DNA from: Nanobdellota archaeon
GTDB taxonomy: Archaea > Nanobdellota > Nanobdellia > Woesearchaeales > GW2011-AR4
Direction of reading: 5' to 3'
DNA length: 64,000 bases
Assembly (NCBI GenBank): GCA_038046385.1
Contig: JBBSWH010000005.1
Span: 32,001 to 96,000, forward strand
Shown here: in pieces, positions 18,157-28,761 of the stretch
How the letters are laid out: every line of letters begins with the position of its first letter
How positions within the stretch are numbered: position 1 is the stretch's first letter
Position numbers and translations under genes: made by a program
Notes under the pieces: generated by a model
The model's input: only the letters and a program-made list of their open reading frames with translations
Databases searched by the model: none
What the model was told of the DNA's origin: nothing

Positions 18157-19347
18157 ATGGACTTTGAGTCAATAGCTTCTATAATCTTTCTTTTGATTCT
18201 TGGGATTTTGCTTTATAGAAACAGAAGCAAGCTTGATACAAAACAGATTATTCCCTATATTCTTTATTTTTCAATGTACAGGACCAAATTGGGACTTTCT
18301 TTGATGGATAAATGGTCGTCTAAATACAGAAAATTGACTGTTTGGATTGGATATTTTGGGATTGTCATCGGATTTATTGGAATGGCCTTGATAAGCTTCA
18401 GCTTAATCCAAAATCTTTTTATGCTGTTTACAAAACCAGCAGCTTCTTCAGGCGTTGGATTGGTTTTGCCGTTCAAGGCAAAGGGTGTTTTTTATGTTCC
18501 TTTCTTTTACTGGATAATTTCAATATTTGTTATTGCTGTTGTGCATGAATTTTCCCATGGATTAATTGCGCGCGCCAATAATATAAAAGTCAAATCTTCT
18601 GGATTTGCATTTCTTGCCTTGCTTGTTCCAATAATTCCTGCTGCTTTTGTCGAGCCTGATGAAAAAACACTGAAGAAAAGGCCTTACAAAGAGCAGTTAA
18701 GCATATTTGCAGCAGGCCCTTTGGCGAATATTGTGCTTGCGTTTTTGTTAATTGGGGCAATGTTTGCAATAACCCCTAAGATTGATTCGATGATTGTTCC
18801 TAATGGGGTCGTTATTTCTGATTATGTTAAGGGTGATTTTCCTGCAAAAGCATCCGGTATGCAGATTGGCGAGATAGTGCAGCAGATTGACAGCAATCCT
18901 GTTGAATATGTAGATAATCTTTCCATGGTTTTGAAGTCTAAAAAACCAGGAGATGCTGTAACGCTAAAAACAGATAAATCGTCTTATCAGATAACACTTG
19001 GAAAAAACCCTGACAATGAAACAAGTGCATATCTTGGAGCATATCTCGGGCAGAGCACAAAAATAAATGATGATTTCAAAGCAAGATACGGTGAATTTGT
19101 TCCGAATGCATTGATATGGGTGTACGGGCTTATGGTTATTATGATTGTTCTTAATCTTGGAATTGGGCTGTTTAACCTTGTTCCTCTTGGCCCATTAGAC
19201 GGAGGAAGAATGCTTCAGCTTGCAATGCACAAGTTTTTCGGCGTTGAGAAGGGAAACAAATACTGGTATTATATTGGGATGTTTTTCCTTGCTATAATTT
19301 TTATAAACATAGCAGCAGGGTTTGGGTTCTTGAAATTGTTTAGATAA
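18157..19347 (+). CDS. Site-2 protease (M50 family) with PDZ domain
   Basis: HEFSH, AFVEPD, AAGP, NLVPLGPLDGG. Confidence 0.92.
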   Translation: MDFESIASIIFLLILGILLYRNRSKLDTKQIIPYILYFSMYRTKLGLSLMDKWSSKYRKLTVWIGYFGIVIGFIGMALISFSLIQNLFMLFTKPAASSGVGLVLPFKAKGVFYVPFFYWIISIFVIAVVHEFSHGLIARANNIKVKSSGFAFLALLVPIIPAAFVEPDEKTLKKRPYKEQLSIFAAGPLANIVLAFLLIGAMFAITPKIDSMIVPNGVVISDYVKGDFPAKASGMQIGEIVQQIDSNPVEYVDNLSMVLKSKKPGDAVTLKTDKSSYQITLGKNPDNETSAYLGAYLGQSTKINDDFKARYGEFVPNALIWVYGLMVIMIVLNLGIGLFNLVPLGPLDGGRMLQLAMHKFFGVEKGNKYWYYIGMFFLAIIFINIAAGFGFLKLFR

Positions 19348-19420
19348 CGCAAAATTGCTAGTAATAAATAGGTAATTTTGCTGGATTGAAAATTTCAAAT
19401 GCACGAAATTTACGATAGAA

Positions 19421-19741
19421 TTATTGTTTCTGCCTGCTTTCAACATACTCTTTAACACGGTCGTTGATTGCAGGCTTTGCGTTTGGACCAAGAGCGTAAT
19501 ATATCTTTTCAGCTTCTGTGCCCCATGAATAATCACCTTTTGTCTTCTCAACTTTGTTGATTTCAAATTCGCCAAGGGAAACCCCTTTCCTTAAATGATA
19601 ATAAATGCTTCTTAATGTGACTTTTGGAAATATTGCAACGTAAATCTTGTAGATTTCATACCCATATGCTTTTTTTATGAAATGGAGTATCTCGACAACA
19701 TTCTGCCTTATCTCTGATTTTACCGGGCGTCCTTTTTTCAT
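19421..19741 (-). CDS. Hypothetical winged-helix-like protein
   Basis: GRPVKSEIRQ...GYEIYK...RSIYYHL. Confidence 0.65.
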   Translation of the reverse strand: MKKGRPVKSEIRQNVVEILHFIKKAYGYEIYKIYVAIFPKVTLRSIYYHLRKGVSLGEFEINKVEKTKGDYSWGTEAEKIYYALGPNAKPAINDRVKEYVESRQKQ

Positions 19742-19845
19742 AGAAATGATAATTATTTACTTATATTTATAATTATTGTTTCAATATGGAAAAGAAGATG
19801 AAAATATAGGATAAATTTTTATAGTAATAATATATAATAACTAAA

Positions 19846-20439
19846 ATGATTGACTTAAGGAGGGTTGCAATAATATTTGTGATTGCCGTATTGTATGCGA
19901 TATTTGTCAATGCAATAATAGACGCAGTCTATCCTTCTCCGAGATATGAAGACTTTTGCAAAGGAAGGTATACTCCTGAAAAGGCTTATGCAGTGGCTCC
20001 AGTAGGCTTTAATTGCGGAGTTTTGAGCCAGATAGAACAGGACAAGGCAAACAGCTGCTATGATGAAAAAGGCTATCCAGAATATACTTATGATTCAAAC
20101 GGATGCCAGTCAAAATTCAAGGAATGCAATTACTGCCAGAAAGATTTTGATACTTCAAACCAAAGATACAACCTTTACTTTTTTATAATATCGTCAATAC
20201 TTGCGCTTGTCGCGATTGGGATAGGATTATCGCTTCCATCTTCCGATGGATTGAATGAGTGGATTGCAACCGGCTTTATGCTGGGGGGATTGTTTACACT
20301 GTTCTTCGGCACTTTCAGGTATTATCAGTACCTTGGAAGGTTTGTAAAGCCAGCGGTTATATTGGCAGAATTGCTCATCATAATCTATCTTTCATACAAG
20401 AAGCTAAGGGATGTTAAGGGCAAGAAAAAGAAAAGGTAG
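19846..20439 (+). CDS. Hypothetical membrane protein with Cys-containing loop
   Basis: Four TM-like segments, 197 aa. Confidence 0.7.
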   Translation: MIDLRRVAIIFVIAVLYAIFVNAIIDAVYPSPRYEDFCKGRYTPEKAYAVAPVGFNCGVLSQIEQDKANSCYDEKGYPEYTYDSNGCQSKFKECNYCQKDFDTSNQRYNLYFFIISSILALVAIGIGLSLPSSDGLNEWIATGFMLGGLFTLFFGTFRYYQYLGRFVKPAVILAELLIIIYLSYKKLRDVKGKKKKR

Positions 20440-20470
20440 ATTTATTATTAGTTCTTGATTAGTTTATTCA

Positions 20471-21571
20471 ATGAAACACCTTTTATTTTTATCAGGGGAT
20501 TATATCGGGCTTGGGAAAGAGGAAGTTTTGAGTTTGTTTGATGCTAAGAGTGTTAAACTGATTAATCATGTTTTGATTGCTGATTTAGAGCCTTCAGATA
20601 GTTTTCAGAGACTTGCACTAACAAAACAAGTTTACAAAGCTCTTTTTGAGTGCAAAACAAATGAGTTGGTTGATTCAATTAAAAATTTTGATTGGGATTC
20701 TGTTTACAAAAAGGATTTCTGCTTACGTGTTCATAATTTAGACAATAATAGCTCAATAAATAAAAAACTCATTGATAATAAATCAAATAAAAAAGATATA
20801 ATAAAAATAAATAATTTAAAAAGTTTCTCTGAAAGAAAACTTGCCGGTTATATCTGGGATAAGCTGAAAAATCCAAAAGTAAGCCTTCAGAATCCAAAAA
20901 CTTTGATTGCAGTTGTAATTGCAAAAAATAAAGCTTACTGCGGCGTTCTTGAATATGAAAACAATGAGGATTTTGAATCGCGTAAATCTCATCTGAGGCC
21001 TTTTCCGCATCCAAGTTCATTGCATCCGAAGATTGCAAGGGCGTTGATAAATCTTACAGGAATAAAGCAAAATGAGATTCTTCTCGATCCTTTCTGCGGC
21101 ACCGGAGGTTTTTTTATTGAAGCAGGATTAATGAACATAAAATCTGTTGGCTATGACATAAATAAAGTAATGGCAGAAGGGTGCATCGCCAATCTTGAGC
21201 ATTATAAAAATAATAACTATAAAATAAAAATAAAAGATGCTGCTGATATTACGGATAAATTTGACTGTCTTGTAACAGACTTGCCTTATGGGTTGAATTC
21301 AAATGCTGTTTCACAGCAGGATAGAAAATCATTGAAGACGCACAGGATAAACAAAAAAATACAGAAAAAAGATTTTGTAAAAGATTTGGAGGAGTTTTAT
21401 TCTGAGTTTCTGAAAAATTTAAGGAAAAAAATAAAGAAAAAGGCAGTTATAGTTTTCCCAAGCTATGCTGACTACAAAAAACTGCTTAAGAAAAACGGAT
21501 TCAAGATAGAATTTGAATATTCTGATTATGTTCACAGGAGCTTAACGAGAAAGATGGTGAGGGTAAGCTAA
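20471..21571 (+). CDS. tRNA (guanine-N2) methyltransferase, Trm11/TrmG10-like
   Basis: RPFPHPSSLHPKIARALIN, LDPFCGTGG, TDLPYG. Confidence 0.88.
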   Translation: MKHLLFLSGDYIGLGKEEVLSLFDAKSVKLINHVLIADLEPSDSFQRLALTKQVYKALFECKTNELVDSIKNFDWDSVYKKDFCLRVHNLDNNSSINKKLIDNKSNKKDIIKINNLKSFSERKLAGYIWDKLKNPKVSLQNPKTLIAVVIAKNKAYCGVLEYENNEDFESRKSHLRPFPHPSSLHPKIARALINLTGIKQNEILLDPFCGTGGFFIEAGLMNIKSVGYDINKVMAEGCIANLEHYKNNNYKIKIKDAADITDKFDCLVTDLPYGLNSNAVSQQDRKSLKTHRINKKIQKKDFVKDLEEFYSEFLKNLRKKIKKKAVIVFPSYADYKKLLKKNGFKIEFEYSDYVHRSLTRKMVRVS

Positions 21572-21634
21572 GTCAATCGTATTGATTTATAATTTATCAA
21601 TAAATTATTTAAACTACTTAGATAATGTAATTAT

Positions 21635-22393
21635 ATGAATAAATATAAGATTATTGTTATATTAATACTATTTATAAGTATTATTCCTCTATCTCTAGGA
21701 GTTAAATTTGCCTCAGAACCATATAAAGACAAAACAGATATATTAGTACTTAGTCTTAATGGATCTGCAGAGAGGATATTAAGGTCTTATTATTTTAATC
21801 CAACCGAAAGAGGAGTGAATCAGCCTTATTCTTTTACTTCAGATGATTATTTTTATTCTAATGATCCTCATGTTGTAGATAGTTTTGGATACCCTCTCAT
21901 TATTGATGGAGTTCAACAGAAAGTAAAAATAGAAAATATAACGTTAAATGGGAAGCAAATTTTTCGTTATTCTTTTGGTCCTGTAGGGTTTTATGTTAAT
22001 GCAAAAGCTGCTGATTATATTGAATTTCACGAACCGATATCTAGATACTGGAATGGCAAAAATTTCGCAATAAGACAAAAAATAGTCACTTTTGATGAAG
22101 TTAAAAATTTGAGAGTTGAGTTTAAAATTCCAAAATATTCTCAATCAATATTTTATGATTATTCTCCATTCTTGACTAAAATTGAACCTGCCCCAAATAG
22201 TATTTATGAAACCCCTAATGAGAAAATTTTTGTTTGGAATTTAGGAGAACTATCATTAGGAGATTTCTTTTATATAGATTTTGAAGGAGGGTATAAAACA
22301 TCTTGGTTCCCTTTTATAGATAAAATAATTGCCGGGATAATAGGATTTTTAGTTGCGGCTTTATTTGGAATAAAACTAGCAAGAAAAAAATAA
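21635..22393 (+). CDS. Hypothetical secreted, membrane-anchored protein
   Basis: N-terminal signal and C-terminal TM helix; very AT-rich. Confidence 0.65.
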   Translation: MNKYKIIVILILFISIIPLSLGVKFASEPYKDKTDILVLSLNGSAERILRSYYFNPTERGVNQPYSFTSDDYFYSNDPHVVDSFGYPLIIDGVQQKVKIENITLNGKQIFRYSFGPVGFYVNAKAADYIEFHEPISRYWNGKNFAIRQKIVTFDEVKNLRVEFKIPKYSQSIFYDYSPFLTKIEPAPNSIYETPNEKIFVWNLGELSLGDFFYIDFEGGYKTSWFPFIDKIIAGIIGFLVAALFGIKLARKK

Positions 22394-22438
22394 TGATACC
22401 TGCATTTTAAAGAAATTTTATTCCTAATCTAAATAATG

Positions 22439-23443
22439 CTAACCATACTGATTAACTCTCAAAACCTTGGTAGCGCCTTTTTCCAGTATCCTCTGCCTTT
22501 CTGCATGAACTCCGAAGCCTATCTCTTTTGCAAATTTATCAAGCTGCTTGGCTCCAATATAAAGGCTCCACATATTGTGCCTTGTGCTTCTTAAAAGAGG
22601 CTTGCAGTCATAGCCAAGCATTGCCAAAAGCCTGTGAAGGTACTTGATTTCCTTTTCATTGCGCATTTCAATTCTTACATACCGGCTTTTGCCAAAATAG
22701 GCAGTTCCTTCGCCTATCATCATCCCTCTTGTGTAGGCTGCTGCCAACTTTGGATCTCTGGAGCATAAATCCTTGATTGTGTTTTCTAGAGAAAGAACCA
22801 AATCAATAGCTAAAGCATTGTTAAAGCAAAGTTTATATTTTACAAGCTTGTTGTAGTCCTCGTTTTTGAATTTCAAAATAGGATGATTTATCAGTTTTTT
22901 AATGTCTTTAGTAATAATTTTCATGCCACGCGGTATTATAACATCAACATAAGAATCGTTAGCCGGTAAGTGTGTATTAAGCCATTTTATCATGTAATTT
23001 ATGACTGACGGCTCTGAATTTGTAAACCTGAATTTTCTTGGCCTGTGCTTGGCGTTTGAGCCATTATCGCCTTCTGCAAAGTATAAAGCAAAACCTTCAA
23101 CGAAGAATTCATTAATAGGCAATTCTGTAGGTATTACTAAGGGAGATTTATCGTGCGAACCCCAATGATAAAAGCCTAGAACATTGTTGTAGACTTCTTC
23201 TTGACCTACGCCAAGAATTTCAGTGATTTTTAGGACTCTTGCGAAAGGATGGTAAATATTATGAGTAAATTCTGATCTAAAAGTGTTGTAATTAACCCCT
23301 AAAATATCATTGCTAAATTTTTCCATTCCATATTCTTTTACAATTGCGTTCTTTAACCTGCCAAAAAAGCTGTCAGTAATCTTAACGTGTATTCTATTAA
23401 ACTGCTTCAGATAATCAAATGTTGTAATTTTTGTTGAGTTCAT
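22439..23443 (-). CDS. Free-standing double-motif LAGLIDADG endonuclease-like protein
   Basis: FALYFAEGD...FRFTNSE and YTRGMMIGEG motifs; SD GGTGA upstream. Confidence 0.8.
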   Translation of the reverse strand: MNSTKITTFDYLKQFNRIHVKITDSFFGRLKNAIVKEYGMEKFSNDILGVNYNTFRSEFTHNIYHPFARVLKITEILGVGQEEVYNNVLGFYHWGSHDKSPLVIPTELPINEFFVEGFALYFAEGDNGSNAKHRPRKFRFTNSEPSVINYMIKWLNTHLPANDSYVDVIIPRGMKIITKDIKKLINHPILKFKNEDYNKLVKYKLCFNNALAIDLVLSLENTIKDLCSRDPKLAAAYTRGMMIGEGTAYFGKSRYVRIEMRNEKEIKYLHRLLAMLGYDCKPLLRSTRHNMWSLYIGAKQLDKFAKEIGFGVHAERQRILEKGATKVLRVNQYG

Positions 23444-23470
23444 TTTAAATCACCAAGTTTTACTGTGTTG

Positions 23471-23626
23471 AGGCTGCGTAAAAGAGTTTTGACAAAGTCA
23501 AAAGGCTTAATTTGGCAACCGAGACAATACTTAAGGTGATTAAAAGTATTGAATGAAACAGAAATAGTATTGATTACTGGTTTAAATAGTTTACACGAGA
23601 ATGTCCAGTGGTATTTTGTCCAGTGG
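23471..23626 (-). promoter_or_regulatory. Conserved upstream region of LAGLIDADG gene 1 (2x CCACTGGACA, TATA box, structured leader)
   Basis: 23474-23517 matches 57866-57909 at 38/44 nt; CCACTGGACA at 23602-23611 and 23617-23626; TATTTAAA at 23581-23588. Confidence 0.7.
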
Positions 23627-26041
23627 CTATCGCTTTTTACGTATTTTCTTTTCTAACTTGCCTATAGCCATTGTAGTTTTAATGACAGTATCCGGATTCA
23701 ACGATATGCTGTCTATGCCACATTGTACTAAAAATAGCGCAAAGTCCTCATAATCGCTGCTCGCTTGTCCGCAAATTCCGATCTTTGTATGATTTCGTTT
23801 GCATTTGTGAATTGCTTCCCAAATCATTCTCTTGACAGCAGGATTGCGTTCGTCATACAGTCTCGATACAAGTTCAGAGTCTCTATCCAAACCAAGCGTC
23901 AATTGCGTCAAATCATTGCTTCCGATTGAAAATCCGTCAAATACCTTGGCAAATTCATCTGCAAGAATCACGTTGGCTGGAATTTCGCACATGACATAAA
24001 TCTCAAGCTCGTTCTTTCCCCTTTCAAGCCCGTATTTCTTCATTTCTGCAACAACTGCCTTTCCTTCGTCAACTGTCCTGCAGAATGGTATCATGAGCTT
24101 TATGTTTGTAAGTCCCATTTCTTCTCTTGCTTTTTTCATTGCCAAACATTCAAGAGCAAAAGCTTCCCTGTAATTGCCGGTGTAGTATCTTGAAGCGCCT
24201 CTCCACCCAATCATTGGATTTTCTTCTTTTGGCTCAAAATCATGTCCGCCAATCAGATTGGCGTATTCGTTTGACTTAAAATCGGACATTCTTACGATAA
24301 CATCTTTCGGATAGAATGCGGCTGCAATCATTGCAACTCCCTGTGAAAGCTTTTCTATGAAAAAATCAGTCTTGCTTTTGTAAGGATATGCAAGCTCGTC
24401 AATTATTGCCTTTACTTTCTTATCCTTTAATTTTGAGTAATGCATCAGCGCAAGAGGGTGCACTTTTATGTAGGAGCTTATGATAAACTCCTCCCTCGCC
24501 AATCCAACACCGTCATTTGGAATGAATGAGAATTCAAAAGCGCTGTCGGGGTTGCCGACGTTCATCATTATTTTTGTTTTTGGCCTGGTTAATTTTCTTA
24601 AGTCTGTTTTTTTTACATCATACTTTAATTTGCCGCTGTAAACATTTCCAACTTCCCCTTCTGCGCAGGATACTGTGACATCAATTCCGTTTTTGATAAG
24701 CTCTGTGCCGTTCTCTGTTCCGACAATTGCAGGTATTCCGAGCTCTCTTGCTATTATTGCAGCGTGCGCTGTTCTTCCGCCCTTGTTTGTTACAATGGCA
24801 GATGCAATTTTCATAATAGGCTCCCAGTCCGGGTCTGTTTTTTCTGTTATCAGAATTTCTCCCTGCTTGAAATTTCCGATGTCATTGGCATTTTTTATCA
24901 CATGGGATTTTCCAACTCCTATTTTTCTTCCAACACTCAATCCTGTTGCAATGATTTTGCTTCTTCCTTTTAGTATATATTCTTCAAAGAAATTGAAATT
25001 CTTCTGGCTTTGGACAGTTTCCGGCCTTGCCTGCACTATGAAAAGCTGTCCTGTAATGCCATCTTTTGCCCACTCCATATCCATCGGCTTGAATTTTTTT
25101 GCCTTCTTGGAATAATAATCTTCTATTATGCATGCCCACTCTGCAAGTTTCAGAATTTCATTGTCATTGATGACGAATTTGAAGCGGTCTTCATATGGCA
25201 CTTCTACGTTTTCTGTTGTTTGCTTAACTTTGTCACTGTAAATCATCTTTATTCTTTTGCTACCGAGCTTTTTGCTTAAAATCGGCTTGAAGCCTTTTTT
25301 CAGAGTCGGCTTGAAAACATAAAACTGGTCTGGATTAACTGCGCCAAGAACAACATTTTCTCCAAGTCCGTAAGAGCCTGTAATGAGAGCAGCGTCCTTG
25401 AAACCAGTTTCTGTGTCTATTGAGAACATTACTCCGGAGCATGCCTTGTCGCTCCTAACCATTTTCTGCACTCCAATTGACAATGCAATCTTAAAATGGT
25501 CAAACTTTTTATCGACTCTGTATGAAATTGCGCGGTTTGTGAATAATGAAGCAAAACACTTTTTGCATGCTTCTATAAGGGCGTGGTCGCCCCTTATGTT
25601 AAGGTAAGTTTCCTGCTGGCCTGCAAAGCTTGCATCAGGCAAATCTTCTGCTGTTGCAGAGCTTCTTACTGCAACGTCTGTGTTTGGACCATATTCCTTG
25701 CACAGTTTTTTGTAAGATGCTGTTATTTCTTCTACTAGCTCTTTTGGAAACTCTGCTTTTAATATTATTTCACGCACTTTTCTTCCCCTTTCGGAGAGGT
25801 TATGCATGTTTCCTGTATCGAGCCCTTTCAGCGTGTTTTTTATGTTGTCCCTTATCTTTGCCTTTTCAAGAAGATAATTGTAAGCGTATGCCGTTACTGC
25901 AAATCCGTTTGGAATTCTAACTCCTTTTGAAGTTAAATTTCTGTACATCTCCCCTAAAGAAGCATTTTTTCCGCCGACGAGAGGAACATCTTCTATTGAA
26001 AGCTCATTAAACCATAGAATAAACCTCTTTTTTTTATCCAA
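23627..26041 (-). CDS. ppsA: Phosphoenolpyruvate synthase
   Basis: VGGKNASLGEM, VAVRSSATAEDLPDASFAGQQET, GGRTAHAAI, SIGSNDLTQ. Confidence 0.97.
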   Translation of the reverse strand: MDKKKRFILWFNELSIEDVPLVGGKNASLGEMYRNLTSKGVRIPNGFAVTAYAYNYLLEKAKIRDNIKNTLKGLDTGNMHNLSERGRKVREIILKAEFPKELVEEITASYKKLCKEYGPNTDVAVRSSATAEDLPDASFAGQQETYLNIRGDHALIEACKKCFASLFTNRAISYRVDKKFDHFKIALSIGVQKMVRSDKACSGVMFSIDTETGFKDAALITGSYGLGENVVLGAVNPDQFYVFKPTLKKGFKPILSKKLGSKRIKMIYSDKVKQTTENVEVPYEDRFKFVINDNEILKLAEWACIIEDYYSKKAKKFKPMDMEWAKDGITGQLFIVQARPETVQSQKNFNFFEEYILKGRSKIIATGLSVGRKIGVGKSHVIKNANDIGNFKQGEILITEKTDPDWEPIMKIASAIVTNKGGRTAHAAIIARELGIPAIVGTENGTELIKNGIDVTVSCAEGEVGNVYSGKLKYDVKKTDLRKLTRPKTKIMMNVGNPDSAFEFSFIPNDGVGLAREEFIISSYIKVHPLALMHYSKLKDKKVKAIIDELAYPYKSKTDFFIEKLSQGVAMIAAAFYPKDVIVRMSDFKSNEYANLIGGHDFEPKEENPMIGWRGASRYYTGNYREAFALECLAMKKAREEMGLTNIKLMIPFCRTVDEGKAVVAEMKKYGLERGKNELEIYVMCEIPANVILADEFAKVFDGFSIGSNDLTQLTLGLDRDSELVSRLYDERNPAVKRMIWEAIHKCKRNHTKIGICGQASSDYEDFALFLVQCGIDSISLNPDTVIKTTMAIGKLEKKIRKKR

Positions 26042-26108
26042 AATATCGCCTCTTGAATTAAATTGCTTTTTTGTCTTATTTAAAGGTATCGAAAATTAAA
26101 AATGTTAC

Positions 26109-26148
26109 ACCTTTAAATTAGAAAATCTTTGATTTTCTCCATATAAAG
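26109..26148 (-). repeat. 40-bp palindromic dispersed repeat, copy 1
   Basis: Reverse complement matches 50580-50619 at 37/40; core AGAAAATC-AAA-GATTTTCT. Confidence 0.75.
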
Positions 26149-26216
26149 CTTGTGATTTTATAGTTCCAACAAGAAAATTTAAATATATTAGCGGAAAACT
26201 AACTATTGTGAATTGA

Positions 26217-26522
26217 ATGAATTTTGTAAAAGTCTTAAATGTAAATGAACTGAATCACGGAGAGTGCAAGGTTGTTGAAGTTGACGGCAATGAAGTTGCG
26301 CTGTTCAATGTAAACGGAGAATTTTTCGCAATCCGCAATACATGCCCTCACAGAGGAGGCTCTTTGGGAGAAGGAATGCTTGAAGGAAATGTTGTTTCCT
26401 GCCCATTGCATGGCTGGCAGTTTGACGTCAAAAACGGGCAGAATGCAAGAATGCCTGGCCCTAATGTAACGTGCTATAAAGTAAAGATTGAAGGCAACGA
26501 TGTGCTTATATCGCTAGAATAA
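26217..26522 (+). CDS. Rieske [2Fe-2S] ferredoxin
   Basis: CPH...CPLHGW. Confidence 0.92.
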   Translation: MNFVKVLNVNELNHGECKVVEVDGNEVALFNVNGEFFAIRNTCPHRGGSLGEGMLEGNVVSCPLHGWQFDVKNGQNARMPGPNVTCYKVKIEGNDVLISLE

Positions 26523-27506
26523 TTATAACTTTTTCTTTTTAATCTTTATTTTCAGCTTCTTCATTGACTTAAGCGCTGCAGGATATGAAAGAAGTATGTT
26601 TTTTGCGCCGTAATGGGTTATGACGGATAATGAATTTGTTATGCCCAGCTTTATCGCAAACTCTATGTCATTTTTTTTCAGGATACCGGAAAGCATTGAA
26701 GATGCAAACGCGTCTCCTGCGCCTGTTGAGTCCAAAACTTTTACAGATGGAGGCCTTGCAGTATAGATATGATTGCCATGCGACACATGGATATCATTTT
26801 TTCCGTCTGTGACTGCAATTATGTTTGGTCCAAAGCCATGAAGCCTTTGCAGAACATCTTCAATTTTACCGCTGCCTGCAAGAGTTTCTGCCTCTTCTTT
26901 GTTCAGGATAAGAAGCTCTGTATTGCTGAGTATGTTTTTAAGATATCTGCTCCCTTTTTCCGCAAGATATGATGTAGGATTAAAAGCGATCTTTATTTTG
27001 TTCTTTTTTGCAAATACAGCAATTTTTTCAAGAGTCTTGAATGATGTTTCCATCATTGCGCCAAAATAAAACCATTTTGCCTTAAGCTTGTTGTAAGGAA
27101 CATCTGCATTTCTTAAATCGTTGTTGATGCCCTTATAGGCAAGTATTGTCCTGTCATGCTCTATGCTGTCAAGTATGACAGAATACCCGGAGTTTCCTTT
27201 TCCGCGGCTGCACAACAAGTCAACTTTTTCTTTTTTGAGGGAAGAGTGGATGAATTCTGAGTTTGTTCCATCTCCAATTTTTCCCACAAATCCCACTTTA
27301 TGGCCAAGCCTTGCCAGCGCAACAGCAGTGTTTGTTCCTCCGCCCCCTGTTGTGAAATCAAGCTCGTCTATGAGGATTTTTGTTCCAACAGGGAATGCAA
27401 GCAAATCAGTCTCTCCTTTTGGGTCAATTATCTTGATAATCTCAGAAAACCTTGTCCTTGCAAAAACATCAAGAGTTGCGCTGCCAACAGTTATTACGTC
27501 ATACAT
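26523..27506 (-). CDS. PfkB-family carbohydrate kinase
   Basis: GGGGTNTAVALARLG, DSTGAGDAF; start at MYDVITVG. Confidence 0.92.
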   Translation of the reverse strand: MYDVITVGSATLDVFARTRFSEIIKIIDPKGETDLLAFPVGTKILIDELDFTTGGGGTNTAVALARLGHKVGFVGKIGDGTNSEFIHSSLKKEKVDLLCSRGKGNSGYSVILDSIEHDRTILAYKGINNDLRNADVPYNKLKAKWFYFGAMMETSFKTLEKIAVFAKKNKIKIAFNPTSYLAEKGSRYLKNILSNTELLILNKEEAETLAGSGKIEDVLQRLHGFGPNIIAVTDGKNDIHVSHGNHIYTARPPSVKVLDSTGAGDAFASSMLSGILKKNDIEFAIKLGITNSLSVITHYGAKNILLSYPAALKSMKKLKIKIKKKKL

Positions 27507-27598
27507 AACTATAAAACTGAATTGGCAGTTTATATAGTTTATTGTTAAAGAAGCCCAATACCAAAGATTATTTATAGTATCTCTGCATATTAAGCAGA

Positions 27599-28141
27599 AT
27601 GGTTCCAAGCAAAATTTTTATGACGAAAGGTATTGGGGTCCATAAGGATAGGCTTTCCTCATTCGAGCTTGCATTAAGGGATGCAGGCATTGAAAAATTT
27701 AATCTTGTCACAGTTTCCAGCATTTTACCGCCAAACTGCAAGATTATACCAAAAGATGAGGGATTGACCCACCTTAATCCGGGTGAGATAGTTTTCTGTG
27801 TTATGGCCAGATTGGACACTAATGAGCCCAATAGACTGATAGCCTCTTCTATAGGGGTTGCAGTTCCGAAAGATACAAGCAATTATGGCTATTTGTCGGA
27901 GCATCATTCTTATGGAGAAACTGCAAAAAAATCAGGAGAGTATGCAGAAGATCTTGCAGCGACGATGCTTGCCACCACTCTCGGAATTGAATTTGACCCA
28001 AACCAGGCATGGGAAGAAAGGGAAGACATATACAAAGCCAGCGGCCACATATTCAAGACAATAAATATATGCCAGTCTGCCGAGGGCAACAAAGACGGCT
28101 TGTGGACAACTGTAGTTGCAAGCGCAATACTTCTGCCTTAA
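27599..28141 (+). CDS. pdaD: Pyruvoyl-dependent arginine decarboxylase
   Basis: [31 protein letters not shown]. Confidence 0.93.
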   Translation: MVPSKIFMTKGIGVHKDRLSSFELALRDAGIEKFNLVTVSSILPPNCKIIPKDEGLTHLNPGEIVFCVMARLDTNEPNRLIASSIGVAVPKDTSNYGYLSEHHSYGETAKKSGEYAEDLAATMLATTLGIEFDPNQAWEEREDIYKASGHIFKTINICQSAEGNKDGLWTTVVASAILLP

Positions 28142-28185
28142 TTTAACAGTTAAATTTATATTTGCGAAAAAAATATGTTTTTTAT

Positions 28186-28707
28186 ATGAAAAATAAAATA
28201 TTTGCCATAGTTTCATTTGCTTTAGTTTTATTTCTGATTGGGTGCGCGCAGGAAGACAAAACAGCGTGCACAATGGACGCAAAGGCATGCCCTGATGGGA
28301 CATATGTCGGAAGGATTGCACCAGACTGCGAGTTTGAAAAATGCCCAGAAGTTCCGAATTCCGGCTGTGATTACACTAAAGAAGAGCCAAAATACGTTGG
28401 AAAGAGCGAAGATGAGTGTTCTGTCATAAGATTTATGTGCACTCAGGAAAGGGAATATTTCAAAGATGAATGCGGCTGCGGGTGCAAATTAAAAACAACA
28501 TCTCCGGAAACTAAACTGAAGGTAACAGACTGCCCTGCCCAAAGACCAGAAATGTGCACGAAGGATTACAGGCCTGCATGCGGATGGTTTGACCCTGCAA
28601 AAATACAATGCATAAAATATCCGTGCGCCCAGACTTTCTCCAATTCATGCACTGCATGCTCTGATGAAAAAGTCATATCCTGGTCAGAAGGAGATTGTCC
28701 AAAGTAA
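28186..28707 (+). CDS. Cys-rich lipoprotein with C-terminal Kazal-like module
   Basis: LIGC lipobox, CTMDAKACPDG, CTKDYRPACG...TFSNSCTAC. Confidence 0.75.
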   Translation: MKNKIFAIVSFALVLFLIGCAQEDKTACTMDAKACPDGTYVGRIAPDCEFEKCPEVPNSGCDYTKEEPKYVGKSEDECSVIRFMCTQEREYFKDECGCGCKLKTTSPETKLKVTDCPAQRPEMCTKDYRPACGWFDPAKIQCIKYPCAQTFSNSCTACSDEKVISWSEGDCPK

Positions 28708-28761
28708 TCAGTTCAGTGGAACTTCTATAAAGAGTATTTTTTGATTTTGTTGCCAGTATAC

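Noticed and set aside
22439-23443. LAGLIDADG ORFs as inteins or group I intron ORFs
   Set aside because: No flanking extein, intein splice motifs or interrupted host gene; each has its own SD and TATA box
23601-23626. TGTCCAGTGG repeats as a CRISPR array
   Set aside because: Only two 10-bp units with no spacer-length gap and no cas genes in the window
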